From NCBI GenBank assembly GCA_965204025.1, contig OZ241972.1:4762006-4826005 (forward strand): DNA of 64,000 nt, read 5' to 3'. The notes beneath the pieces are model-generated. The model ran no database searches. It was not told the origin of the DNA and saw nothing but the letters and a program-made list of their open reading frames with translations. Positions within the stretch are counted from its first letter, which is position 1. Every line of letters starts with the position of its first letter. A program made the position numbers and the translations under genes. This document shows positions 1 to 9,849 of the stretch, piece after piece. Origin of the DNA: Caldilineaceae bacterium. GTDB taxonomy: Bacteria; Chloroflexota; Anaerolineae; Caldilineales; Caldilineaceae.

Positions 1-1
1 C

Positions 2-628
2 CCTGAGGCGTCTGCCACAGCTCTTGCTCTTGCAAACGCAGCAGTGAACGTCACAGACAACGACCACACTCACACGCTGAAAACGGTACTTCCCATTCTC
101 CTTTCCAAGTTTTCGGGAGTCGTCTGGCCACTCATCGGCTCGGCCATCGTTGGGGATGACCCGCGTCAGTGTTTCCTCTTCGAGACGATGTTGCGCGCAC
201 CGTCTTGGTTAGACCGTGGCGAGACCTGCGCGCCCATCCTGAAACTCCCGGAAGACACCTTGTTTGCATGGTGCCGTAACCATCCGGAACGCGCTCCCGT
301 CTTCGTGGCAAAGACGGTGCCTTTCCTTCTCTCGGATGGCAATACCGACGATGGCTTCCGTGTGCATCCGGTCATGATCCAGCTGATCGAAGAGTTTGGA
401 AGCCGTGAGGACTTGGTTGATGCAGTTGTTACAGCCATGTGGGCTAAGGTTCGACCAGTGCCGGAGGAACATCTGTGGATAACCTACCGCGAGCAGGTCA
501 CCAAGCTGCTACCGCACCCATGCCTCAACGTTCGGCGGTGGGCAAAGGCCATGCTTCGCAGACTCGGGGATTTGATCGACCACTCCCGCGTTAGGGACGC
601 GGAGATGGAGGCTCGTATAGAAGACTGA
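2..628 (+). CDS. hypothetical protein, C-terminal part (ORF is open to the window edge)
   Basis: The frame of ORF 44..628 has no stop codon back to nt 2. The sequence looks protein-like and helical, with no motif I recognise. GC is visibly lower than the downstream DNA. Confidence 0.45.
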   Translation, partial: PEASATALALANAAVNVTDNDHTHTLKTVLPILLSKFSGVVWPLIGSAIVGDDPRQCFLFETMLRAPSWLDRGETCAPILKLPEDTLFAWCRNHPERAPVFVAKTVPFLLSDGNTDDGFRVHPVMIQLIEEFGSREDLVDAVVTAMWAKVRPVPEEHLWITYREQVTKLLPHPCLNVRRWAKAMLRRLGDLIDHSRVRDAEMEARIED

Positions 629-1016
629 CACCGTGCTGCGATCCGGGCAGGAATGGAGAGTAAACCTTCGAATACACCGTCTGTAGCTGGTACTCCAGCG
701 AGAGAGACGGGTTCGGCCTTCTCCGGCCATCCCGATGCCTTTCGCCTCGAGCTGTAACTCGCCCTGTTCGGTGTGCTTGGCGGAACCGGAACCAAACACC
801 CTGAATCGGTGTCAACTGCTTGCGCGTAGACCGAATGGGCACCGACCAAGTCCCGGTGATCAGGATTGGCGCCAAGTGGCCGAACATCGCCTAGCCATCT
901 GGTGCAATTGGGCCTGCGCCAAGCGCGCTATCGGGGCACCTCAAGACCGAAGCCTAACTCCCTCCTGACGGCGACCGTAGTTCATCTCACCCGCATATGG
1001 CCTGAGGAGCGCCGTG

Positions 1017-1199
1017 AGGCCCGCACACAGCCCCGATCCGGGAAACCACCCGTGGGGCATTGCCCCTAGGCCAGCTCGCGAGCGTCCCAGCAAGTTACCA
1101 GCCTCGCAACTGCGATCGTGGTCTGTCGCCCAGGAATACTGTCCACCGCGCTGCGCCGGACTCAAGGGCCTCCTGAAAACCCCCTTTCCGTTTGGACTT
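1017..1199. repeat. Copy A of a non-coding repeat flanking the degenerate IS
   Basis: The blocks ggcccgcacacagccccgatc and caactgcgatcg..actgtccaccgcgctgcg..aaaaccccctttccgtttggactt recur at 2649-2775. Copy A carries an extra insert of about 55 nt. Confidence 0.7.
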
Positions 1200-1429
1200 C
1201 TATCACTGCAACGAGAGGTCGTGTGATAGGTTGCAGAGGTCCGGTTCAATCCCCGGAGTTCCGCCACGGTCGTCTCCCTTTCCCCGGTGCCTCAGTTGAC
1301 ATGCGACGACCTGCTTTGGCCCAAACCAATCTGGTCGATCGAACGCATGGTCCTGCACCAACTGGAGCGCGACATTCCATTTGGACACAGTCGCCCCAGG
1401 TGGGGCGCGGACCCGTTTGACTCCTCTAC

Positions 1430-2549
1430 TCAGCTCGACTTTGTACAAAGTCCGTGCGGGCACGGAGAGCGCGGGCGCGTGTCAGGCCGAGTAGCAGAGG
1501 GCGGCCAGCAGGGGTGCGGGCGGCGGCTGGGGAAGTTTTTGGATGTCGGGGGTGGCCGGGGACAGGGAAAAAAGGAACAGCCGGGTCCAGAGGGTGTGGC
1601 GGACACCCGCCAGGACGTCGGCGAAGGTGGGCACGGTCTTGGCATACCAGGCGACTCGGCGGGGACGCAGGCGACGCTCCCGCCGCAGGCGGTGGGCGAC
1701 CAGGACGAGCCAGCCGAGAGGCCGAGCAGGGCCGGGGTGGTGCGGGCGATGGCGGCCGGGGTCCATTTAGGGTCGGTGCAGAGCAGGGCCTGGGGCTCCC
1801 GGCATCCGCTCGGGTCGCGCAGGAGCAGCCAGCGCAGGGAGACGGTGGGCTCGCCTGAGTGGTACCAGAGGGCCGTGCCGGTGGCGGCCTGGAGATGTCT
1901 CTGGGTGCCGTCGGGCCAGCGCTGGCACAGGGCGGTCCACTTCGTGTCCGGGTCGGTCAGCAGCGCCTGCAGGGAGGGCTGACGGGGGCCCACGATCCGC
2001 GGTCGCCCCTTCTGGCCCGGCCGGCGGGGCGGAGGCGGATCATGGAGGACGGCATCCAGGCGCAGCCGGGTCAGGAAGGTGATGGGCGGGGTCAGGGCCT
2101 GGCAGGCGGCCAGCAGCTTCAGGGTGGCGTAGGTCCGGTCCGCGACGACCACCAAGTCCCGGTCGGGCAGCCAGCGGCGCAGGAGACACAGCATCTGGCG
2201 AGCTCAGTCCGTGATCGTCTTGTGGCGACGCCCCCGGGTCTCGTGGTAACGCCGGGAGGGGGCCAGCACGGTCAGGAAGGGCAGGGCCCACACCCGGCGC
2301 GCCCAGGACACCTCGGCCAACAGCATCAGGCTGACCCAGCGCAGCCCCTGGGCCTTGACGAAGTGGCCGTGGGACGAGCGGACCGGGTCCCGATAGACCC
2401 CCTGGGCCTCGATCCTGGGTCACCGTGCGCCGCCCGGGGGCCAGAATGACCCCCGTCAGCAGGATCTGCACCTTGCGCCAAGTGCGCACGTCAAAGAGCG
2501 ATGCGAAGGGCGACAGCAGCGATACAATGGGGTCGGGCAGGCTGGGCAT
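1430..2549 (-). pseudogene. IS701-like DDE transposase, frameshifted
   Basis: The N-terminal part MPSLPDPIVSLLSPFASLFDVRTWRKVQILLTGVILAPGRRTVT (ORF 2040..2549) and the C-terminal part (ORF 1430..2194) lie in different frames. The N-terminus resembles the fragment at 44941-45213. Confidence 0.6.
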
Positions 2550-2634
2550 GACGAACCTTTGGTGATGAATTGGTTCATTCTGCCAGCCTGCTTTCCCTGC
2601 CCTGTTTCGACCTCAAGTTGTACAAAGTCGAGCT
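1432..2634 (-). mobile_element. Degenerate IS701-like insertion sequence
   Basis: 17-bp terminal inverted repeats: agctcgactttgtacaa at 1432-1448 and ttgtacaaagtcgagct at 2618-2634. They enclose a frameshifted transposase. I could not find a target-site duplication. Confidence 0.7.
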
Positions 2635-2648
2635 AAAGGGTGCTGCGG

Positions 2649-2775
2649 GGCCCGCACACAGCCCCGATCTAGGCCCGGACCCACAACTGCGATCGCGGTC
2701 CGTCGCCGGGGACACTGTCCACCGCGCTGCGTCGGACGCAATGACCTCCCCAAAACCCCCTTTCCGTTTGGACTT
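2649..2775. repeat. Copy B of the non-coding repeat flanking the degenerate IS
   Basis: Direct-orientation match to 1017-1037 and 1107-1199, with scattered substitutions. Confidence 0.7.
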
Positions 2776-2956
2776 AATCCCTTTGCGCGCGGAAGTCACC
2801 GGGACGGAACAGGCGCGACGAACCCGGAGCAGGCAGTTTGACGGCTGCTTCGACCGGCACACGCCGGCACGGATGGCACGCACCCCGTGACCCAACGAAG
2901 ACTTGGACCTGTACCACGGAGTCCTGCACAGCCGGGCCTGGCCGTCCTGACCACAG

Positions 2957-3319
2957 GTGGTCCATGTCCTGCCGCGCGGTGCCGACTCGACCGCGGTGAA
3001 AGAGGTGCTACTCAACGGCACCGGCACGAATTTGGCACCGAAACGCCTGGTCTGCCTCCACCTGGCACGCCTCCCAATCGAGTTCGTCTTGTGGGACACC
3101 CAGCAGCACCTCGACCTGCACGATGGTCAGGTCCGGGCACAGGCCCAGCTGCCCTTCCACTTCTATCGGATGTTCGCCGCCTATGTTTGGATGTCCCTGC
3201 AGGCTCGGAACCGGCCTCGGGACCGCTTTGCGCTGCACCTCATCCAGCGCCACAACCACGCGCGGGCAATGTACCAACGATTCAGAGGCCTGCTCGGCCG
3301 CGGGTCGAGACCCGCCTAA
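2957..3319 (+). CDS. hypothetical protein
   Basis: By hand count, third-codon-position GC is higher in this frame than in the overlapping minus-strand ORF 3008..3475. No motif recognised. Confidence 0.3.
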   Translation: MVHVLPRGADSTAVKEVLLNGTGTNLAPKRLVCLHLARLPIEFVLWDTQQHLDLHDGQVRAQAQLPFHFYRMFAAYVWMSLQARNRPRDRFALHLIQRHNHARAMYQRFRGLLGRGSRPA

Positions 3320-3562
3320 GCGGAGGCCGTTGACCACGGGATCCCGGCGGATCACCTGTGTCACCGGGCACCCATCTGACAATGAGGCCGCGCGGCCCCT
3401 GAATGCGGTCTCCCAACTGGTGCACCATACTGTTTCCAACCTCAAAAAACTATCCAACCCATAGCCATGCAACACCCAGATTTTGTGTTACCCTCAAGTC
3501 GGTTGAGCTCCTTCATTGGAGCAGACAAGCCTTGGGACATGCACCCACGGCGGGAGGGAACG

Positions 3563-5113
3563 ATGAAAGCGACAGTCAGCGTCAAAAACTTCGGGCCAAT
3601 TGAACACGCGGCTGTGCAATTGCGCCCATTGACCGTGTTTGTTGGACCGAGCAACACTGGCAAAACATATCTTGCAACTTTGTTTTATGCTGCCCATCGC
3701 ATTTTTAACGGATTCCCACAACTGCCGGTCATGACATATTTGTCTGACGGTCCAAATTTCCTAACATTCGGGATCTTTCGATTTGCGAATGTGGACATCA
3801 GCAACGACGATATGGCGTTCTTGACCGAATTGGGAACGGAAGAACAGGAAATACCCTACAAGAAATTGCCCCGATGTGTGCACGAGTTTGTCACCAATTC
3901 AATTAGTGGACCCCTTGCTCCTACCTTGGAGTTCGAGCTGAGCAGGTTGTTCGATGTCGAATCAATGTCGGACCTGGTCAGTGCCTATGGAGAAGCGGAC
4001 ACGGCTACAATCAGTGTGGCAGTCCACCGCGACCAAGAAGGGACGGCTACTCATTCACCACCCATACCCCTATGGATGGTTGAGACGAACATCGGTGGAT
4101 CGGAGCCGGTGACACACTTTTCGCCACCTGATGGACCTATATTCATATCATCCACATCAAGCAATAGTAAGTTCAACGACTTTCAAGCCGGTTCCAATTG
4201 GCCAGATTCAAGATACAAGAGGTACTTATTCGAAAATCTCTTGGAGCGTTTGCTTCCGAAACTCGGCAGAAACTGGGCTACTTTCCTGCCTGCTGAACGA
4301 AGCGGTATTATGCAATCGCACCTGGTAATTTCCAGTGCAATCATCGACATGGCCACGCGGGGCGGCATCCAGCGGCTACCGGATATACTGACGCTGCCGG
4401 GCACAGCTGCAGACTTTTTGTCGAACTTGCTATTGCTAAACGATCGGAAATCAATGGGAAGAGTACGTGGCGGGCGCAAGGGTGACGCTCTAGGCGATGA
4501 CATAGTGAAGCATATAGAACAGGAAGTACTCAAGGGCGATGTGAGTATCCAATATGGCAAGGAGAGTCCTAACTCTAGAATCGAGTACTCGCCGCACGAA
4601 TTGGACCTGGAGTTGCCATTGAATAGATCCTCAGCGATGGTTACGGAACTAGCACCGTTGGTCCTGTACCTCAGGGAAATGGTGCGTCCCGGCGACTTAT
4701 TGGTTATTGAGGAACCAGAATCCCACCTGCATCCTGCCGCGCAAACCCACATGGCCAGTGTGATCGCTCGAATCGTTAGAATGGGTGTACAGGTGGTTGT
4801 TACAACACATAGCGACTGGTTGATCCAGGCTTTTGGAAACTTGGTCCGTCGAGGAGAGTTGGCGGCCGACGGTGTCGATCCGTTCCCAACCGAGTCATCG
4901 AATGACAGGTTGCTGAAAAAGGAGATTGGCGTGTGGGGTTTCAATTCGAATGGCACTCGGGGTTCCATAGTGGAAGAGATCCAATTTGACTGGGATCAAG
5001 GCATTGAACCGCCGGAATACCAAAGGGTGATGGAACAACTTTACAACGACACTACCATGTTGTACAATCGACATGTTGCAGAGTCGGATGGGAGTGTATC
5101 TGATGTGGAATGA
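3563..5113 (+). CDS. ABC-type (AAA_15/AAA_21-like) ATPase
   Basis: Start MKATVSVKNFGPI is preceded by the RBS gggaggga. Walker A is FVGPSNTGKTY. The motif LPAERSG follows a long insert. Walker B/D-loop is LLVIEEPESHLHPAAQ and the H-loop is VVTTHSDWL. The region is AT-rich relative to its flanks. Confidence 0.85.
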   Translation: MKATVSVKNFGPIEHAAVQLRPLTVFVGPSNTGKTYLATLFYAAHRIFNGFPQLPVMTYLSDGPNFLTFGIFRFANVDISNDDMAFLTELGTEEQEIPYKKLPRCVHEFVTNSISGPLAPTLEFELSRLFDVESMSDLVSAYGEADTATISVAVHRDQEGTATHSPPIPLWMVETNIGGSEPVTHFSPPDGPIFISSTSSNSKFNDFQAGSNWPDSRYKRYLFENLLERLLPKLGRNWATFLPAERSGIMQSHLVISSAIIDMATRGGIQRLPDILTLPGTAADFLSNLLLLNDRKSMGRVRGGRKGDALGDDIVKHIEQEVLKGDVSIQYGKESPNSRIEYSPHELDLELPLNRSSAMVTELAPLVLYLREMVRPGDLLVIEEPESHLHPAAQTHMASVIARIVRMGVQVVVTTHSDWLIQAFGNLVRRGELAADGVDPFPTESSNDRLLKKEIGVWGFNSNGTRGSIVEEIQFDWDQGIEPPEYQRVMEQLYNDTTMLYNRHVAESDGSVSDVE

Positions 5114-5612
5114 CATTCGGAGTTCTTTGGTTTCGAAGATTGGGGCCGACAACCTATGCAGTCGGTGTCTGGATAGCGGATGCGAGATTTCCCTCGTAGA
5201 TATCTCCGAAAACAGAATCGTCGTGGATGCGGACAAGGCGATGGAACGTGGTGTCAAAGGAGCCAAGAAGTGCGACTGTGTCTTGTTCGTTCAGGGTGAT
5301 TCTCATAAAGTATTGATGACGCTCCCGATCGAGTTGAAGAGCGGTTCCATGAGTATTAATCCAGTGCTTCAACAACTGGCAGCGGGAGCCAGGTACGCAG
5401 AGGCTGTTGTTCGGTTCATCCCTATGGTAGGCAGCCTTGATGTTCGTTGTCTTCCGGTTTTGGCGCACAACGGTGGACTAACCATGAGGCATACGCAAAG
5501 ATTGCATAGAATGGGTCCGTGCATCCAATTCAGAAAAAAGAAATGGAGAGTGGGAACCGTTAGATGTGAAGTTGAAGGTGATGTCGCTCGTCTGATCGCG
5601 ACTCTGGGGTAA
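5103..5612 (+). CDS. small PD-(D/E)XK-like protein (putative nuclease partner)
   Basis: The start overlaps the ATPase stop by 11 nt; an alternative ATG lies at 5088. Motif: D58 (KKCDCVLFV) followed 18 residues later by E77-L-K79 (PIELKSG). It shares the low GC of the ATPase gene. Confidence 0.6.
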   Translation: MWNDIRSSLVSKIGADNLCSRCLDSGCEISLVDISENRIVVDADKAMERGVKGAKKCDCVLFVQGDSHKVLMTLPIELKSGSMSINPVLQQLAAGARYAEAVVRFIPMVGSLDVRCLPVLAHNGGLTMRHTQRLHRMGPCIQFRKKKWRVGTVRCEVEGDVARLIATLG

Positions 5613-5616
5613 CTGT

Positions 5617-6687
5617 TCAGCAACTGTATTGAAAGTCAAGCGTTGGAGACAACCGGCACAGTGTCCGGTTACCCGTCGGTTTGCAGCGTGCAAGTGTGCC
5701 AATGGCCCGCACTGACGGCAATGAAGGTCCCGGGCGGGGGCGTAGCCTGCCCAAATTCGTTGTAGCCCCAGCAGTAAGCGGTGCCATCGGTCCGCAACGC
5801 GCAGATGTGGAAATCGCCGGTGCTGAGGGTCGGGGACGGGAAACAGGTGCCACGGCTGACAGGATTGGTATCTCCGGATCCTGTATGTCGGCCGGCAGAC
5901 AGAGCTCCGTGCCAGCTGTCAGGGGTGCGTCAGGAGCAATGCCGTTGAGGGCCGCCGTCGCGGCCAGGTCCAGGCCCAACCAGTCGGTGATCTGCTGCAA
6001 ACGCGTCTCGTTGGGGTTGACGGTGTGGCGCTGTACACAGTCGGCGGGAACGGTCGGAGCCGCAACACTCAGGGCTTCGGGTTCCGGCTGCGCAACCGGC
6101 TCCGGCGTGGGAACCGTGACTGCCGGTTGCGCTTCGACCTCAAGCTCGACGGCAACGGCGGCGACTTCGGCCAACGTCTGCACAGTGGTGTCGTCGATGT
6201 CGGTCAGGGAACCGAAGATCCACACGAGTTTGCCGACCGCCACGGGGTGCAGGAGCTGCAGCCAACTGCCGTCCGCATCGCGGCCGGTGATACGCACCTG
6301 ATCGCCTGCATGTACATGGCCGGCCGTCGGATGGTCGGTGCCAGGTCCAACGCGCAGGTTGACGAGCGACCCGGTTACGGTTGCGACCACGTACTCGGAA
6401 GCCGCGGTTTCGGACTCCGGCGTGGGTGCGACGGTCTCCGGAGTGGGCTCCGGCGCAGGCTCGGCCGCGGTCGACTCCGGGAACGCAGCCTCGGGCATCT
6501 CTGCCATCCTCTCCGCCACCGTCGGCTCGGTGTGCACAGGCGCTTCGTCTTCGGCGGCCGACATGATGCAGCTGCCGAGCAGCAGCCCCAAGACGAGGAC
6601 AGGGGCCAGGTGCGCAACAGGACGCAGGGATGGAACATGGCGCTGTGGGTGGACTGGGTGTCGATAATGAACGCGGGTGCACAGCAT
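5617..6687 (-). CDS. secreted or lipoprotein with SH3b and LysM domains
   Basis: Signal sequence with lipobox LLLGSC. SH3b-like segment ATVTGSLVNLRVGPGTDHPTAGHVHAGDQVRITGRDADGSWLQL. LysM-like segment HTVNPNETRLQQITDWLGLDLAATAALNGIAPDAPLTAGTELCLP. The C-terminal tail is of uncertain validity. Confidence 0.65.
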   Translation of the reverse strand: MLCTRVHYRHPVHPQRHVPSLRPVAHLAPVLVLGLLLGSCIMSAAEDEAPVHTEPTVAERMAEMPEAAFPESTAAEPAPEPTPETVAPTPESETAASEYVVATVTGSLVNLRVGPGTDHPTAGHVHAGDQVRITGRDADGSWLQLLHPVAVGKLVWIFGSLTDIDDTTVQTLAEVAAVAVELEVEAQPAVTVPTPEPVAQPEPEALSVAAPTVPADCVQRHTVNPNETRLQQITDWLGLDLAATAALNGIAPDAPLTAGTELCLPADIQDPEIPILSAVAPVSRPRPSAPAISTSARCGPMAPLTAGATTNLGRLRPRPGPSLPSVRAIGTLARCKPTGNRTLCRLSPTLDFQYSC

Positions 6688-6936
6688 GCCATCCGCATCG
6701 AATCACAGCCCAAGGCACGCTTCCAAGCCGGGGGCCCTCTAAAGCTTCAGTGCCGCACAGTATGGACAATACAAAGGCCGCAGAGACGCGCGGTGGCCCC
6801 GGCAATCCAGTTTCCCGCAGTACAGACAGTACCGCGCGCCCGGCACCACGTGGGCTTTCGGCCCTATGCGACAGTGAGGGCAGAGCGAACCGTCACTTGT
6901 GGGTTGACGACCGTGCGGCCCACGCGCGCCACCCAC

Positions 6937-7470
6937 ATGAATCGGATCAAGCCGTCGCATGATTTTCGTGCGCTTGGCTGGATCGTCGCGTGGTCCTATC
7001 CGGAAGGCGTGCCAGTGTGCGCGCCGCCAGTGGGGGCGCGGGCTCTGCCGCGTTGTCCCTGGCAGAGGTTCGTCTACGGGCAGGCCGACGAAGTTCGGGT
7101 GGGGGTGGCAGGGCCTCCGCCCGTCGCCTTGGCGGCCTGCGTCTACCTCGACACCGAGACGACCGGCCTGGAGCCCGGCTACGACGAAATCGTCGATCTG
7201 GCGATCGCCACCGCGGACGGCACCTTTCGGCTGCGGCTGCGCCCGCTCTCGCCGCCGCTCGACCCGGAGACCGAGCTTCTCGCCTCCCGCAGCCAACTGC
7301 GGCGCCTGGGTTGGCGGGACGCGGAGATCGCGTCCCTGAAGCCCGCGTCCGAGGACTACAACCAGGTGCGCCACATCTGGTATCCACTTTACCGGGTGGC
7401 GCGCCGGCATCCACACCGGACCGCAAGTCTGCGGTCCTCACGGCAGGCATTGGCAGTGCCGCCGCGTTGA
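6937..7470 (+). pseudogene. DEDD (DnaQ-like) 3-5 exonuclease fragment
   Basis: A clear Exo I motif is present: ACVYLDTETTGLEPGYDEIVDLAIA. I could not find Exo II or Exo III motifs downstream. Confidence 0.4.
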
Positions 7471-7589
7471 TGTGCGCGCGACCTGCGCTGGGGGGCTTCC
7501 CCTTGTTTCAACTGGCCTGTGATCGTTGACGCACCGTCGTGTATGCTTGGCATCCGATGGGCAAGTGTTCCTGTCGCCGCCAATCGACC

Positions 7590-8696
7590 ATGCGCCTCCG
7601 TCCGCCCCCCCGAACCCTATCGTCCGCGGGTTGAACCGCGCATTGCGGCCGGCCCGCATGCGGGGGAGCGCACGCCGGTCGGGGAACGCCTGTCGGCGAC
7701 GTTGCTCACGGGGACGCGGAAGCTGGTCCACGACGGACTGGACCGGCTGCAGCGGCAATGGGATTCCCTGCCGCGCATCAAGGTCCGGCTTTTGCGCGAG
7801 GGTCGGGACCTGGATCGGGAACTGCAAGCTCCGGATCCCAAAATCATCGGCCGGTTGACGGCGCGCGGTTGCGACTGGTACATCGAGGTCTGCCTGTTGC
7901 GCAGCTCCCGCGCGAACGGGCGCAACCCCAATGCGCGGCAAACGGCCAAGCTTGCGGACATCAGGGAGGAACTTGTGGGCACCGGACACACGCCGCCGCC
8001 CGGTGGTCGGCCGCCAGGGGAGTTGCCTCCCAATGCCGAACCGCCGAACCGCCGGACAATCGGCAATTGGCCAACGTTGTGCTGAAGCTCACCAACGTGA
8101 TGGAAGAGATGGTCGAAAGCCAAAACACGGTGATTGAGCGCCTGGGACGGATCGATGGTCGCATGGGCGACGCCGCGGGGCGCGCCTACGAGGATCAATT
8201 CCGGGCGTATTTCATCGACCAGGCCCACATGGCGATCAGCCAACTCTCCCTGCCCCGGCCCGGGGAGACAAGCCTGCGGTGGTCGGACCGACACCGCGGC
8301 GGCTGGGCGAAAGTGGCAGCCGAATTGGGATTCGAGCCCTGGGAGAACCCCAGGGCGCGGTACTGCGATTTCATTTACCGGCTGCGCTGGCCGGACACGC
8401 GGCTGCCCGACCTGTACATCGTGGGCGAGTCCGGCATCCAAGTGCATGCCGAACTTCTCGACAAGGCTACGGAATTGCACGCGCAAATCGAGGCGAAGGG
8501 CAGAGCGGTGCGGACGCTGCTGGTCGGAGCCGGCTTTAGCGACCGGATGCAGGATCTGGGCGGTGCCGAAGCGGTGGCGGCGCGCGGCCTGGTGTGGGTG
8601 GAGCGGCCCGAGGATCTGGAGTCCGACGGCTGGCAGGACGTGTCGGAAATCGGTCAGGTGCTCAAGGCTTGGCTGACAGAGCAAGGCGCACTCTGA
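7590..8696 (+). pseudogene. coiled-coil plus PD-(D/E)XK-like family, member a (two disruptions)
   Basis: Removing one C from the C7 run at 7605-7611 gives MRLRPPPEPYRPRVEPRI, parallel to MFLKPPREPTIRI of member b. Removing one copy of the 8-bp duplication at 8035-8050 joins ORF 7519..8085 to ORF 7758..8696 in frame. The C-terminal motif is CDFIYRLRW..LYIVGESGIQVHAELLDKA. Confidence 0.6.
8035..8050 (+). repeat. 8-bp tandem duplication gccgaacc x2 that frameshifts member a
   Basis: Read directly from the sequence. Deleting one unit restores NAEPPDNRQLANVVLKLTNVMEEM in frame. Confidence 0.8.
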
Positions 8697-8990
8697 GCCG
8701 GCTCTGCGGGGGCTTCGACAAAGCGTTGGACGACGACCTCAAGATGGTGGCACCCCGCGTCCGAGGATTACAACCGGTATCCGCGCTTTAGGGTTCCGCG
8801 CCGGCCACCTGCCCTTCAGGCGTCCGTTCCGTCCTCCTGAACCCTTGTGCCCTGCCTTTCAATGCTGACCTTCCTTGGCCGCACGGACACCGGGCCTTGA
8901 GATGCGCGGGCCTGTACGCGCCTGCCCGCCTAGCCGGATTCCCGCAGCACGCTGTCGATCCGTTCCAGCTGCGCGCCGGTGACGGTGCCG

Positions 8991-9849
8991 CTACACTCCG
9001 TTGCGCCAGCCGTCCTCCTTGCGGTACACGTAGTCGGGGTCCTCGGGGCCCAAAACCCGCAGCCTTTCCTCCACGGGAAAGTCGGTCATCGCCATCCGGA
9101 TCGACTTGCGCGACATGCCCGCAAAAAAAAATTGACCAGCACCGACAGGCTGCCCGCGTCCGCCTGTTGCATGCCATGCAGGTAGGCGTCGCGGTCCTGC
9201 CGCTGGACCAGGAGCGGCAGCCAGCCGTTGCGGATCAGGTGCCAGTTCAACAACACGCGGCCCGTGCGCCCGTTGCCGTCCGCAAAGGGATGGACCTGGA
9301 TGAAACGATGGTGCATCCAGGCCCCCGTCAGCAACGGATGGCGGTTCGCCTCGTAGTCCGCGTACAACTCCAGCAGGATGTCCAGTTGGGGATCCACCTG
9401 CTCGGGCGGCGCGTAGAGATGCTTCGTGCCATCGGGGCGCGTCGGGTTGTTGGGAAAGTCCTTCCACACCCCGCGCCGCAGCGGACGCTGCACGGGCCGG
9501 CCCAGCATGTCGACCGCGTTGTGGGTCTCCTGGTGGGCGGTGATCTGATGCCCGCCGGCGCACCGTCCCCGCGGGTGGCGTCCGCCGGTTCGAATCCGAT
9601 CTCGTCGCGCAGGCGCTGCGCGGATTCAATAATCGGTTGCGCCTGCCGCAGGGCCGCGGTGACGGCTTCCATGCGCGAACCGCCCCGTCCCAGCACAAGA
9701 TCGTCGGTTGCCATGCCTGCGGGCACGTACAGGCGCGCGTTCTTCAACACGGCCGTCCAGCGGCCGTTGTTGTCCTGCACGACCTCGACGGCCGGTGCGG
9801 CCGCGCCGGGGCTCGGGGGTCTCATCACCGGCTCTCGGATGTACCTCAC
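8991..9849 (-). pseudogene. Fic/DOC family protein, two frameshifts
   Basis: Fic motif HPFADGNGRTGRVLLN lies in ORF 9086..9508. The N-terminal part is in ORF 9328..9849. The C-terminal part (AGMSRKSIRMAMTDFPVEERL...) is in a third frame, beyond the A9 run at 9123-9131. Confidence 0.7.

Noticed and set aside
779-1266. tmRNA (ssrA) hypothesis: gcggaac at 779 could pair with gttccgc at 1258-1264
   Set aside because: There is no GGGG start, no G3-U70 pair and no recognisable tag ORF or resume codon. The length of about 490 nt is too long. I kept only the weaker tRNA-3-prime-fragment idea.
3008-3475. 155-aa minus-strand ORF
   Set aside because: A hand count of third-position GC favours the overlapping plus-strand frame 2957..3319. 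Neither has a recognisable motif.
6739-6900. Zinc-ribbon-like peptide CPHCRIGPKAHVVPGARYCLYCGKLDC...CPYCAALKL on the minus strand
   Set aside because: It is plausible as a tiny Zn-ribbon protein. However, the ORF upstream of it is antisense junk overlapping the DEDD-exonuclease fragment, and I see no clear start or RBS. Left unannotated.
8897-9838. N-terminal 314 codons of the 481-aa plus-strand ORF
   Set aside because: This part is antisense to the Fic gene (HPFADGNGRTGR on the minus strand). Only the part from the MYLTV start at 9839 has a paralogue.
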